The notes beneath the pieces were generated by a model. The model saw only the letters and a list, made by a program, of their open reading frames with translations. It was not told the origin of the DNA and made no database searches. Of a DNA stretch of 64,000 nt, positions 1 through 12,262 are shown in pieces (positions within the stretch are counted from its first letter, which is position 1; each line of letters opens with the position of its first letter). The translations under genes were made by a program, and so were the position numbers. The DNA lies in contig OU015569.1 in NCBI GenBank assembly GCA_907165135.1, positions 8,370,001-8,434,000 of the forward strand. The letters are read 5' to 3'. The stretch is from Oikopleura dioica (lineage: Eukaryota > Animalia > Chordata).

Positions 1-2511
1 TTCTTGAGAAGTCAACATTCGAGTTCTCCGTTAAAGGATTACGAGGTGGATATTGCGGATAGGGAATAGCTTCTTTTGGCAAGTCGACATCCTTCGGGTA
101 GTACTTCTTGACGCTTTGTCCACCAGTTCCAACAGTGGCAGCGATTTTTCTCAGATTTTGCTTGTCCTCCTCAGTCAGTTCTTCCTTTTGAACGTCAGGC
201 GCTTCAAATGCCAGGTCATGATCGTGAATACCTGCGTGGAAGCTTTTGAAGGTATTCAATTTCTCCAGTAGTTCAAGTAGTTGAGGGTAGACTTTTCGTT
301 TTTTAGCAACGACGGCTAACGCCTTCTGTGTCTCTAAAAAGGAGTTAACTTCAAATTCGATGACGGATCAAGCACATACCTGAGCACATGTTTTCCGCAT
401 CGGAAACTGGTGGATTGAACAATTCACGAATGTCGGAGTCCGTGAAGAGTCTTGTTGGATCGTCGTTTTCGCCGTTGTTCTGGCTGATGATGGACTTCTT
501 GAAGAGCTGCTTTCGGTAGATTTTCTCTTCGATAGTGTCGCAGGTAATTAGCCGAAATACTACCACAGGTCGAACTTGCCCAATTCGATAGGCCCGGTCA
601 ACAGCTTGGTCATCTCGCGATGGATTCCAATCGGGATCGAACACAATGACTCGAGTAGCTGCAGTCAATGTCAATCCAACGGCACCTACTCCTGTAGTCA
701 GCATAAAAATCTTGATCCTCTCGTCTCTCTGGAATCTCTGCACCTTCTCATCTCGCACAGGGATCTTGTCTTTTCCATCCATTCGCATGTAGTTAATGTC
801 TTTCTCCTCCAGAATTTTCGCGACAATATCCAAGATTTTAATCGACTGCGAGAAGATAAGCATTTTAGCTGGAATGATGGCGTCAACAAGCTCTGACAAG
901 ACTTTCATCTTTCCACTCTCCTCGAGGAGTGTGTCCAAGTCGCAATCATGAATTCTGTTCGCTGCGCATTCGTTAGCCAAAGTCTCATTGAAAGAACCTT
1001 CAAATAAACCGGCCGCGCGACAAGCATTGTTGGCCATTCTGCGCGGATGATCGCAGATTTTCTTCAACACCGTGCATTGCACAAGGGGAGATGCCTTCGC
1101 CATCAATGCATTTCGCACGTCGTCTGATGACAAGAAATCTAAACACATGGATTAATAGAAGACGCCAGTTGTCGAAACTTACCCTTGTAAATTTTCATTT
1201 GTTTCGCTGTCATCTTGCACCAAAGTACGAAGTCATTCTTCGGAGGAAGTTCTGGGAAAGAAGGCCCGTCTCCCGAGCCTCCCGATTCTGCTTTCTCGTT
1301 GACTTCATCCTTGGTCCTTCTTAGAATCCAGAAATCAGTCTTGTCGCGCAACACCTTGCTAAGCATGTTCGCTCGATGGACCTCGTAGGAACGCGCATTT
1401 TTGGTTCGTCCTATCTCGATCGGCTTTTGATACTCATTTTTAAAGGTAGCCTTTTAACAGTTCAAAACACATGTAAACTTTTTAAATCGCGTTTCTTTCA
1501 GATTAACTCTGTTTTAACTGGCCTGGTTCATGTCAAGAATTCTATCTTGGCTCATAACGCTCATCAGAGTGAAGAAATCGACGAGTTTGTTCATCACTGG
1601 TGTACCGGTCAGAAGAAGTCGGTGCGTTGACTTTATCCCGTCGATTGCCTTTGACGATTTACGGCTAGCATTTTTGATGTTGTGGGCTTCGTCCAAGATC
1701 ATGTAAGGCCATGTCCAGTCCCGTCCGTTCTTCGAGTTGAGAGCGTCCATGCTCGTACGGCAGACGCCGTAGGAGGCAATGACAACGGCTGACCGACAGG
1801 CTTGGGCGTGATAAAGATCTCTCTCGCGCTTTCTTTTCGCAATATCGCCAGAGAAGCGAAACTGGGAGACATTGGGCACCCACTTGCGGAGCTCAGCCTC
1901 CCAGTTCGGAATCAACGAGGTGGGAACGATGATCAAGAAGTGCCGCGCTTCGCCCATATCGAGTAGAGCGCCGATGAACGCTGCCACCTATCAGAAGACT
2001 CATAAACTCTAGTGCTGGACGACTTAAATTACCTGGATGGTCTTTCCGAGACCCATATCGTCGCTAAGCAAACCGCCCTTGATCCGTTGCGAAGTTGGTA
2101 GACTTTCATTGCCCAAATGAACAGCGTCCCACATCCACTGGACACCTTCTCGCTGATGGGGATAAAGCTTCTCGTAGATCTCTTTGTCCATCTTCATCCC
2201 CCGTTCAAGTGTCTGAACATCTTGTTTGCAAAAGATACTCTAAAATAAGTTATCACCTGAACCTGTTCATCGTTTTCATCTGAGCTCGTGCCTTGATCGA
2301 TCACAGCTTGGAGAGCCTCGATTCTCCTGGCAACCTTCTCCGTTTTCTTGAAACGCTGCGCCGATTGCAGGAACCTCATAGCCTCTGTGAGCATTCCATC
2401 TTTCCCGAATTTTTTGGCCTTTGCTAAAAATCAAAAGCTGAGAATAAAGTCCTAAATTTCGGCCTTACCCATATACTCTTCATACATGGCATCGTTGTTG
2501 TTGTCACTCAT
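1..2511 (-). CDS. ERCC6L: ERCC6L/PICH SNF2-family DNA translocase, multi-exon; 3' end runs off the window
   Basis: ATG at 2511 just after a TTTTTTCAG acceptor. N-terminal TPR-like segment (AKAKKFGKDG..AMRFLQSAQRFKKTEKVARRIEALQ). SNF2 motifs GGLLSDDMGLGKT, ILDEAH, LLLTGTP, FDPDWNP..QAVDRAYRIGQ in ORFs 2194-2394, 1514-1987, 1139-1366 and 351-1148. Confidence 0.88.
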
Positions 2512-2689
2512 TTTTGTTAACCGATTTCAACCTGAAAAAATGAGATTGTCAAAATGAGATCGCAATCACAAAAATCATGTGCCTTCTTACTGTGTAGACT
2601 GGAGTAAGAGGCAAACGAAAAGTTCTTGACTCTAGAATCCAGAGAACAGTCAATCAGTATAATTATTAGTTCCGATTTTGAGTATTCTC

Positions 2690-3062
2690 CTAACTCTTGA
2701 GGCCTCTCTTCTCTCTGATTGAAGAAAGTTCTACTAACAGTGGTCGATTTAAGGATTTCTTAAAGAGTAAGACTCCTGGCTCCTTTATAATCTCGAGCTT
2801 CTCAGACTCTTTCTGTTTTGACGCAAGAAGAAAAAGTGCATCATTTGAAAGAGCCTCTGAAAAAATCAGAATGCGCGCTGCGTCCGAAACTGACGCCGTC
2901 CAAAATTGAAACTGTTTCTCGCGGTTGAAGAGAGTTTTCGGCTTTGGATTGGTCAACGAAGAAATTTTCGAGTGAGTCCGAACCACTATCCGATATCTTG
3001 GCTTTTGATTCAATTTGCGATTCAACTGTTTTTGAAGTTCGTTTCGTTACAAGCCCGCGCAT
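2690..3062 (-). CDS. Possible small uncharacterised gene upstream of ERCC6L
   Basis: ATG-initiated charged ORF 2841-3062 overlapping ORF 2690-3025 in another frame. No motif recognised. Confidence 0.3.
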
Positions 3063-3360
3063 TTTTCAAAGGTGAATATTTTTGAAAGACTTGCTGCCCC
3101 TAGATTCTAGGGCTTAGAACTGTCCTACGATAGAGGAAAGACTTTTGAATTACAGAAGGCGCCACTCGAACACCATAAAGATTTAGGGCGTGAGGCTTCC
3201 GTTAATCCGACTTCGTTCGTTCCCGGAAGCGGTGATTGGCCAACCGGAAAGTCATAAGTAAGGCTTTTTATTGGTCGAAAGAAATCACGGCTGTCCGGGA
3301 AAAGCTTTTAATTGGCCGCCGACTTTCGACATCAGTCTGAAATTTACCTTTTTTCAGAGA
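3060..3360. promoter_or_regulatory. Bidirectional promoter with three CCAAT boxes, ETS-like CCGGAA sites and CHR-like TTTGAA
   Basis: ATTGG at 3235, 3270 and 3311; CCGGAA at ~3223 and ~3244; TTTGAA at 3081 and 3144. Lies between divergent genes. Confidence 0.45.
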
Positions 3361-3373
3361 GTAGACAGAGAAA

Positions 3374-4896
3374 ATGGAGCAAACTCCCGGCAACTTCCTC
3401 CTTCAAGTGCCCAGTTTGAATGGGAGAGTCAACGCTGTCGTCGACAAATGGCTCAAACTGGCAGAAGTGAGTTGCGAAGATTCAGCAAGTCTGAATCTGA
3501 ATCATGAGATCTACAAGAGAGCGCTAAATGCGACTGAGGAAGAGGAGCTTGATAAGGCGGACAAGAGAATCGCTAAATACACGAAAATGAAGGCGGAACA
3601 ATCTAGATCCTCGAGTTGGCTCAGATCGGCAAGGGAATTCGATCTAAATCAGACGTAAGTCCTATTTTGCCCTTTGAGCGAATGAATGCTTAATTTTAAT
3701 TCAGTCATCCAGCGGAGGTCGGAGAAATCGACTTTTCGAAGCATGAACCCTTCGGGAGAGTGGACTGGAAATCCGAACGGTTTGAGTTATTGAACTTTTG
3801 CGCGGCGAATGTACCGGACGAAATCGGCAAGAAAAAGGAGATCGACTGCGGCAACAATCGGGAGAGGACCATTTGTCTGCAGGAGACCATTCTAGCCGAC
3901 GAAACTTGCGACCTTGAACAGACAATTGCCGATTTCCAAGCGAGCGAGTTCAATATTCCGAAAAAATACAAATCGCATATTGAGTCCTTTGCGCAGCACA
4001 TCGGCGATAGAGCAAGCAAGATTGTTCCCCCTCCACACAGCGCTAGAATTCAGGTAATCCAGCGCAGATAAGACACTTGCGTCAATTCGTCTTTTAAGGA
4101 TCCCGAGAAGACAGTTTACGATTTCAACAAATCCGTAATCGACGTAATCGAGCGACAAGACTATCTCTACTCCGAAAGCGATTCTTCAGACAGCGAAACT
4201 GATTATCTCTCATCCGAGGAGGAGTCGATCTCAAAACAACTCGAGAAGCTCAACTTTCAGTCGCGATCCAAATCTCAGCCGCCTGATTCTCGCCGGAAGC
4301 TGCCAGTTATTGGCAAATCAGGAGAATTAATTGGTTACAAGTCAACACCAAGTAAAATGGTAAAGACTATCTCTTCAATATGTTGTTAGTGTTTTATTTT
4401 TTAGAAGGAGCAGTCCCGGTCGAGGTCCGCGAATCGACTCGCTGAAGAGAACAAGGAGAACATATCTGACGACGAGATCGAAATTAACCCGCGCCGTGTC
4501 TGGAAAAATCAGGTTTAACACGAAATCAGTACTTTCCATTCAACTCCATTAATTAGCTGCCGATTCCGCGGCTTGGTCGAACTCCTCAGAAAGCGTTTCG
4601 CTCTTACAGCGCTTCAGACTATTCTTATCAGTCTCGAACAACTCCGCGGTACAAGAGAAGTGACGGAACGCAGATTTTCTCAATCACAGAACAAGGGAAC
4701 CGGTAGCTAGCTCCGCTAAATGCTTGTTGTTTAACAATCTTTCAGGACTCGACAGATGATTGACGAACGAATATGCAGTTATCTGTGTTCTCCTGCTTCC
4801 AAGGCGCTCTCTAATAGGAACAAGCGGGTCTGCCAGAATTTGAATCGGTCCTTCGCCGGCTTCAGCCGCTCTTCTTCTTTTAAAGATGAGTTTTAA
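3374..4896 (+). CDS. Uncharacterised multi-exon protein, Ser/Arg/charged-rich
   Basis: ATG after a TTTTTTCAG acceptor. ORFs 3374-3658 and 3760-4071 plus further exons joined by short GT-AG introns, ending ..SSSFKDEF* at 4896. Confidence 0.65.
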
Positions 4897-5126
4897 TCAC
4901 TTTTATTAAATCTCTTCTACACTGTTTTTCACCTCACGTTTTTCACGACTGCCTTTCTGTTCACATTCCTAAATTATTTACTTAATACATGCACACCTGA
5001 CATTTTGAGAATTTTTAAATGTTAGTTCCGTTGCGTTTATAAGCATGAAACAATACGGCCATTTTATTGGGTTTATTGGCCGATTCAGTAATGCATTATG
5101 ATAGGCGTATTCGCGGTACAGCAATT

Positions 5127-6872
5127 TACCATATCTGGCAGTCATCCTTCTCCAATAACCACCTGTAATTGTCGACGTTGTTTATGTCTTCGAATATCTC
5201 TTTTCAATCACTCTTCGTAATAACTGGTTTTCTTAAATGTTGGACTGATTTCTCTCAATGAGTCTTCCTTCATTCCCGTCGACATCCTAGAAAATGATAA
5301 AAACAAAAAACACTGGGAATAAGGGTTTAACTTGATGAAACTTCAGCAGCTTGGTACAGAAAGCTCCTCCAATTGTAAGCAGGGCAATCATCAAGTAATA
5401 TCCAACTAGAAGAGTAATTGAAAGCAAAAGTAGCTATCCGCAAGTTGTACCATTAGATTGCTTGGAGAAGACGGAGTCATCTTCGTAATCTAAAGACGAT
5501 TGGCTGCTCAAAGAAGACATGATGTGATCGAGAAGTATGATGAGAAGGGTCACACCGACCTTGAATGAGATCATAATGGCAGCGACGTCGGTGACCACGT
5601 ATTCATGTCTCTCTTCCTTGTCTCCGTTGCGAGCGCGTGCGAGTAAAATGAACGGCAACAACATTACCACTAATGTCGACGGTCCCGAGATAACCGCCGT
5701 TGTGAAGATGATCGCATTTGCAGGAAATTGGAAAATACAAATGAGCGCGATAATTAAAGTCACGTGTATTCCGACGGTGAGATTTTTAATCCTCACTCGC
5801 TCTGTAGCATTGAATACAAGAACGAGAATCGCAAAAACAAATGAGCCAGAGTCCGACACAGTTGTAACCAGGAATCTTGCCTCTTCACTCTTCGCCAAAT
5901 GAAAGTCGCCTTTGCGTGCGTCCAGCTCTGTCAACAAAGTGGGCAATTCGGAGCGAAGGAGGAATACTGCTGGATAGGTTATCGAGCTGAAAAATCAAAA
6001 TTACTGGTCGGTGTAATTTTGAAGCCTCAGAGCGCTTATTTCCAAAGAAAATAAATTCTTCGGCAGCGGGCTTATTTTAACAATTTCATGCTTTGAGAGG
6101 AATTATCAAAAGCTTCTTGAGATCACCTACGTAATTTCTTTTGAGAGAGAGAGAACTTTTTTAAAACGCACCTCCAAATTTGTAGATTCTTTATGCGAGT
6201 GTCCGGGCAGAATATGTGCAGCGAGTTTATGCAAAACTTTTGCCGATTACTCGAGCTTGATGAATCCATAGACTTCGACGTTTTCACTATCATTGCTGCG
6301 ACAAAAATTGGGACGACAAATGAAGGAATCGTAAATATGCCACCGACATCGACAATTTTGAGGAATAAAGCAGAAGCTACTAGGGATCCAATAGGATAAA
6401 GACTACCAAATGAAGCTATTGCACGCTCTGTGTGTTTTTCACGTGCGATTATCCAGCTTAATTATAAGAGTTAGATTTTGGAGATCAATATTTCTGAATG
6501 CTGAGGAAGGTCGCCTACTTTTGTACCTGATTAGTAAGGCTTGCACGATGTCAAGTGAAATGTCTTGGAAAACAAAGGAGGCGAGAATACAGAACTTCTT
6601 CCAAGTCGGTATGATTTCGGGCGAGTGTTCTTGAGGCGGCACTCCAAGATACCAAATAATACTTGTAAGCGCTGTACAGACGGAGTATATAAGGCTCCAC
6701 AGCAGCAGGAGGATCTTGTGTCTACGTGTGCTCGTTTCTTAATTTAGTTATAAACCTTCTACTTTTGAGTACCTGCTACCGCTGCAGTAACGACAACTAG
6801 AATGATAAAACCGATTGCCGAAATGGCTGTCATCGTTGCGGACAAGTCCCTGGAGATTTTGAAGAGATGCAT
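5127..6872 (-). CDS. Multi-pass membrane protein, MFS-transporter-like (ends approximate)
   Basis: Several exons encode hydrophobic helices (MTAISAIGFIILVVVTAAVA; SFGSLYPIGSLVASALFLKIV; ORF 5434-5946). Confidence 0.55.
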
Positions 6873-8463
6873 GATTTCAACGCCCTTTTAGATGGTTCGA
6901 GAAAAAAAATTGCATTTGGCCGTTTGCCGTTGACATTTCTAAAACAACTGACCATAACTGTTGCCTGGGGTGTTCCAGTGCAGTGGGATGCGCGCTAAGC
7001 CGGCCCTTTCCGAAACCGGACCTTGTGTTCCGCTAAATATCGAGCAAAGCCAAGTCCCCACGCGGTCACGGAGATGAGAGAAAACTCTATGATGTTGACT
7101 GGCATTCGTTTTCGACGGCAAAGGCTTCTCTCGTGCTGATCTTGCTCCATTTTTCTTAAAATGGCTGCGTCCGTTGCGCGCGTTTCATCGGTTTCCCTCT
7201 AGCGGTGGCGATGCCGCGGTAGCTAGCTTCGGCTGTCTCTTATCGCCCTCCGCACCTAAAATGAAAATAAGTCAACTAACGGTCGCATGTTAGTCTTCAG
7301 CTTATTACAACTTATGGAAGCTGAGATAAGCATTAATGGATTTATTGTTTACAAGCTGCCTATATACTGAAAAGCGAGGGAGTTGACAGTAGAAAGCTAG
7401 AATGTAATTACCAATGGTAATTCACCATGGACGTATATTCATACCCCGCGAAATGGAAATTTCACAGCAATTATGATGATCATTCTGCAAGAAATTTTCA
7501 GCGGAACGTACCTTATTTCAAGAAGATGCCCTTTTTCAAAATCTCTAAGCGCAGCGTTTATTATAACAACGAAGAGCTGAAGTGCCTGATTTGAGTATGC
7601 TTTGTCTCGAGCGAACTCCGTGTGAAAGGTAAGATTACCTCATCCGATCACATTTTTCCTAAGTTAGAAACCAAATCGTCTAGCCTCTCGACTGATCTCA
7701 TAAAGACGTGAAACTGAGTAGCGGAGATCATGGGTTCGAGCTTACTTTAAAAGAAAACACTTGAGCCGTGCTGGAGTAAGATCCACTCAGAAAGAACAAT
7801 GACATTAATCTGACTTAATTAAAGCAGACGCTCCCTATTTTTCGTCTGATATTTCACCACCGACGCAGGCCAGGAAGTCTATGGACAATTGAGTTGGCGA
7901 ACAATACGAACTCATTCAAAGTTGCCGTTCTGAAAAACGCTTGAGCAATTGTGATCGCAAAGATGTGGTATATCTGTGCATCGACCGTCAATTTATTTAT
8001 GAAAAGGTCACTGCCTCTTGAGAGTTTAAAACAAACTCAGTCATTTCAAGTAATGACAATTTCTTCATCGGAGAAAAATTACGCGATCGCAGGGAAGACG
8101 TGCTTGATCGGAGGAGATAAAGGGATTTTGCGGTGAGGACTTGAACGAAGCAGTATCAATATTTTCTCGAGTCCGTAGCCTCCCGGTTAATCGCATTTGG
8201 GCTAACCAAGAAATCAGCTCCGCGGTGTCGCCAAGATGCGAGAAGATTTTTTAAAGAAAAAAACTAACTAAACAGTGAAAATTTACACGCAACTAATTTA
8301 TTGATTAATGTATTTTGAATTATTGAAAAGTGAGATCAAGCTGCGCCTTCCAACCTTGATCTCTTTTTATCCTTAGCTTAAAATCTTGAGTCCGCCTCTC
8401 GAAATCTGATTATTCCTTGATATGAAAATAATTCTACGTTTTATAAATGAGATTTTTCAGTAT

Positions 8464-8477
8464 TTAGGGTTAGGGTT
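8464..8477 (+). repeat. Short interstitial TTAGGG repeat (TTAGGGTTAGGGTT)
   Basis: Two and a third telomeric units, the same motif as the TIR at 12636. Confidence 0.5.
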
Positions 8478-8803
8478 GAACGTTTGTATTTATATGTTTT
8501 CTTTTGTGACAGATTGCTAATTCTCAGACCTCAGAGTTCAAGAAATTATCAATTTTACTTGACAGATCTTTGTTTTCTCAACTGTCTAACTAGTACTAGG
8601 AGCAGGTGAGTTTGTACTGTGCCGGTCTAAACATTCTGTGTCGACGTCCTTGTCACTCGTAAACCATGTAGCTCATGGAATTGTCGACATGAAGAGGTAC
8701 CTTTCACGGATACACTGCCAAATATTTGGTTTTGAGATTTGCCATTTTCAACAGCCGATCATAACCAACTTCGTTAGTTGCTGCTAGAGAACATATTGAA
8801 GCA

Positions 8804-11800
8804 ATGTGGTTTTTCACCACATTGTTTCTTGGTCTGTCTGCTTCAGGAAATGATAAAATCGAGATAATAGAGACACATACAGTATGTGACATATTAGATT
8901 TTGAATGTCCCGGCTTGAATAATAATCTTGCACCTCGATAATAACATTTAATAAGCGCCTAAGACCGATTCTATTGCGAATTTCAAGGATGAAGATCACT
9001 GGACCCGCGATAAAGCATCGTCAGCTTCACTCGACGAGTCCGTCTTACTTGGAGCGACTACTTCCGCTTTCCAAATTGAGGGAGCTCATCAAAGTGATGG
9101 CAAAGTCATGTCAATCATCGATACGTACATGCAAACTCTAGTGGAAAACGATGAGTTCTTTTATCCTCTCGATGCAGCTGATTCTTATAACAATGTGGAA
9201 AGAGATATTCAGAATCTTAAAGACATCGGTGCGAAGTCGTACTCATTCTCTATTGCTTCTACCCGTATTTTGGCAGACATCAATGGGGAAGCTAATCTTA
9301 AAGGACTTGAATACTATCGGGGTATTCTAGCGGATCTTAAGTCCAATGGAATTCTTCCAGTAGTTACGCTTATGGATGGAGATTACCCACAAGCAATCGA
9401 AGATAAAGGAAGAGTGAGCGATTAATAGAGATTCTTTTCTTTATAATTTCGATGAGATTGATAATCTTCATTCTTAAAAGGTGGAGTACGGGATCCTGTT
9501 TTTGTTGAGTACTTTGCTCAGTACTCGAAAATTATCTTCGACAATTTCGCGAACGACGCGGATATCAGCTGGGTGACGATCAACAATCCTCAAGACTTCT
9601 GCACGCTTGGTTTTACTGCACAAGCCGCACCAAATGCCACAGATATTGTCAGGAACTGTCTCGCTAACATTCTTATCGTACTAAGTACAAATATATTTTT
9701 GGTAAATTTAGGGCGACCCGGTGCACAGCGGACCCTACACTTGCGGCCACTTTATGCTTCTTGCTCACGCAAAGGCAGTTGAGCAGTTTCGAAACGGAAA
9801 CTTTCAGGGCAAAATTGGAATCAACCTTCTTGCACCATGGGGTGAACCAAGGAAGGCTTCGCAACTTTTTAGAATTTAGTTAATCCAAGCACTCGCTTAT
9901 CTTTTTCTTGTACGCAGAAGTTCAAGATATTCATTCGAGTATATTTTTGAAGCCAAGTAAACAGATCGTGGGAAGACGCGGAGCATGTTGATGCAGCTGT
10001 AAGATTCTTGGACTTTCGACTTGGCTGGATGGCTGAACCCATATTCGGTTCTGGAGATTACCCGGAGAATATGAAAATGTTGGTTGCAAAAAATAACCCT
10101 CCGGGAACTTTGCCTGAGTTCTCGGAAGAAGAGAAAGCTTTATTGCAAGGCTCAGCGGACTTCCTTGGACTTGATTACTATGGCGCATATGTGGTCCACA
10201 ACAATACAGCGTTGGTCGAGCGTGAATGTGCTTTCTTGTGCGACTCAGAAGTGCTCGTCATAGAAGACTGGAGGAGTAGATTTGACGAAGATGGAAGTCC
10301 AATTGTGTATTATGGTCTGAAGCGTGTTCTCAAGTATATCAAAGATACATTCAACAATCCTGAGATCTTCATAAACGAACTTGGTGCCAGCTTCACTGCT
10401 GACTACAATGATGTTCAACGAATAAATTTTCTGCAAGGGCATCTTAGTCAAATTCAACGAGCAAGAAGCGAATTCAGCGCACGGGTAACTCGCATCCATT
10501 TTTTCTCGCTTATGGACGGCCTGGAATATGAAAATGGTTTTTTACAGACTTATGGGCTTTTTAAAACAAACTACCTTGCAAGTGATAAGAGAACAAGCAT
10601 TCGTCGAACAGGAGAGTGGATTCGTGACTGGGATCGAAGTTTTCCTCAAGATGAGCGTCCGTCAGATTCTGTGAAGCTTGAGAATCTTTTCTTTGGCTCT
10701 GCAACTTCCGCCTTCCAGCACGAGTCAATCCTTGTCGCCGATAGAGCTTGGACTGTGTGGGACTTGATGGGCATTCGTGGGCCGCAGAATTCAGCGAATA
10801 TTTTAGATCACATGGAAGACGATGCTAAATTAATGAAGAAAATGAAAATGACCCATTACTTTTTTACAATTTCTTGGGCGCGAGTTTTCCGTAATGGATT
10901 CAACGAAACTGCAATGGCCGATCAGGAGATTCTCGATTTGTACAGAAAGTACATTGAAGTATTAAAAGCGAATGATATTATTCCTATCGTTGGTCTTTAC
11001 AATTGGGATCTTCCACGAGACGTCGTCTCAGAATTCGAGGGCTGGACTACTGATGAAGGAGTCGCTTCTTTTGTAAGATACGGAAAAGCAGTTGTAGATG
11101 AATACGGAGATCTGGTTGACTACTGGGTTACTCTTAATCAGCCACAGCGAGAATTAATGATGTCTTATGAACTTGGTTTAACACCACCAATGCGCCCGAT
11201 TGGTGCCCCGGGTGTTCAAGCTTACAAAGTCGCGAAAAATATGCTCCTTGGACATGCGGATATTTACAACTATTTCAAAAGCCGAAATTACCCAGGAAAA
11301 ATGGGGATTTCTCTCTCTGGCGATTTTCATATACCATTCAGCAAAACCGAAGACGACATCGCATCTGCCAAACTCGCGAATGAGTTTTTCATTGACTGGC
11401 TTCTTCACCCGCTTATTGATGGAAAATGGCCAGAATCAATGTCTGAAAATATACATCCTATTACCATTGGAGATGGACCCTCTATCAAACGGCTTCCAGC
11501 TATCACGATTCAAGAACAAAACAAACTCCGCGGCTCTTTTGATTTCCTGGGGGTCGAGCACGGAAACTACCGAATGACAGCTGCTGGAGAGCCGAAAACA
11601 GACATCAATGAGATTTCATATGCCGCGGATCGAAACGTTCAAGAAGTTCTCCCATGGAATTCGCAACAAACTTCAAATCTTCTTCAACGAGTTTCATATT
11701 CGAGTGAAACTGTTTATGACGTATTGAAATACATATCAAACCAGACCTCAAAACCTATCATCTTGATGTCAGGTATTGCCGGAGAGTCTGCAGCTATTGA

Positions 11801-12185
11801 TGCTCTAGAAAAACGAAGAGGGGGAATAGTAGACACTGCTCGCACAACTGACGAGATGATGATTCAATTTACAGAGGCTACAATTACCCAGCTAAGCAGA
11901 GCAAAACAAGAAGGCGTAAATGTTATTGGGTACATTCACTGGAATTTTGTTGACGGATACCAGTGGATAACTCAAAATGGAGAAGCTTGGGGACTTGTTG
12001 GACTTGACTGGAGCAACGCTTCTCGCGAAAGAATAGTGAAGCCTTTCGGAAACTGGTTCACCGAGTTTATTTCTAACTCTCTGAGTTCTAGGAGACCGGA
12101 ACGCGACTATCTTTCTACGGTTGGCAAAATCGACTACTGGGAAAGGAACCAGGCTCATAATGATAATATTTACGATCAATATTGA
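8804..12185 (+). CDS. GH1-A: secreted two-domain glycoside hydrolase family 1 protein (klotho/lactase-like), catalytic residues substituted
   Basis: Signal peptide MWFFTTLFLGLSASG at 8804. Domain 1: GATTSAFQIEG, WVTINNP, IFINELG. Domain 2: GSATSAFQHES, WVTLNQP, IILMSG. Introns ~8882-8963, 9409-9480, ~9648-9711, 9852-9964. No transmembrane segment. Confidence 0.85.
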
Positions 12186-12262
12186 ACGATTTCAAGCATT
12201 TCCTGATGTTTTACGCTGTTAGTTGAAGGGCATTATCATTACTAACACAAAGTTGGTGATAA

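Noticed and set aside
7420-8270. Coding-like fragments with splice-like sites
   Set aside because: Frequent stops and no recognisable product; may be a pseudogene but cannot be supported.
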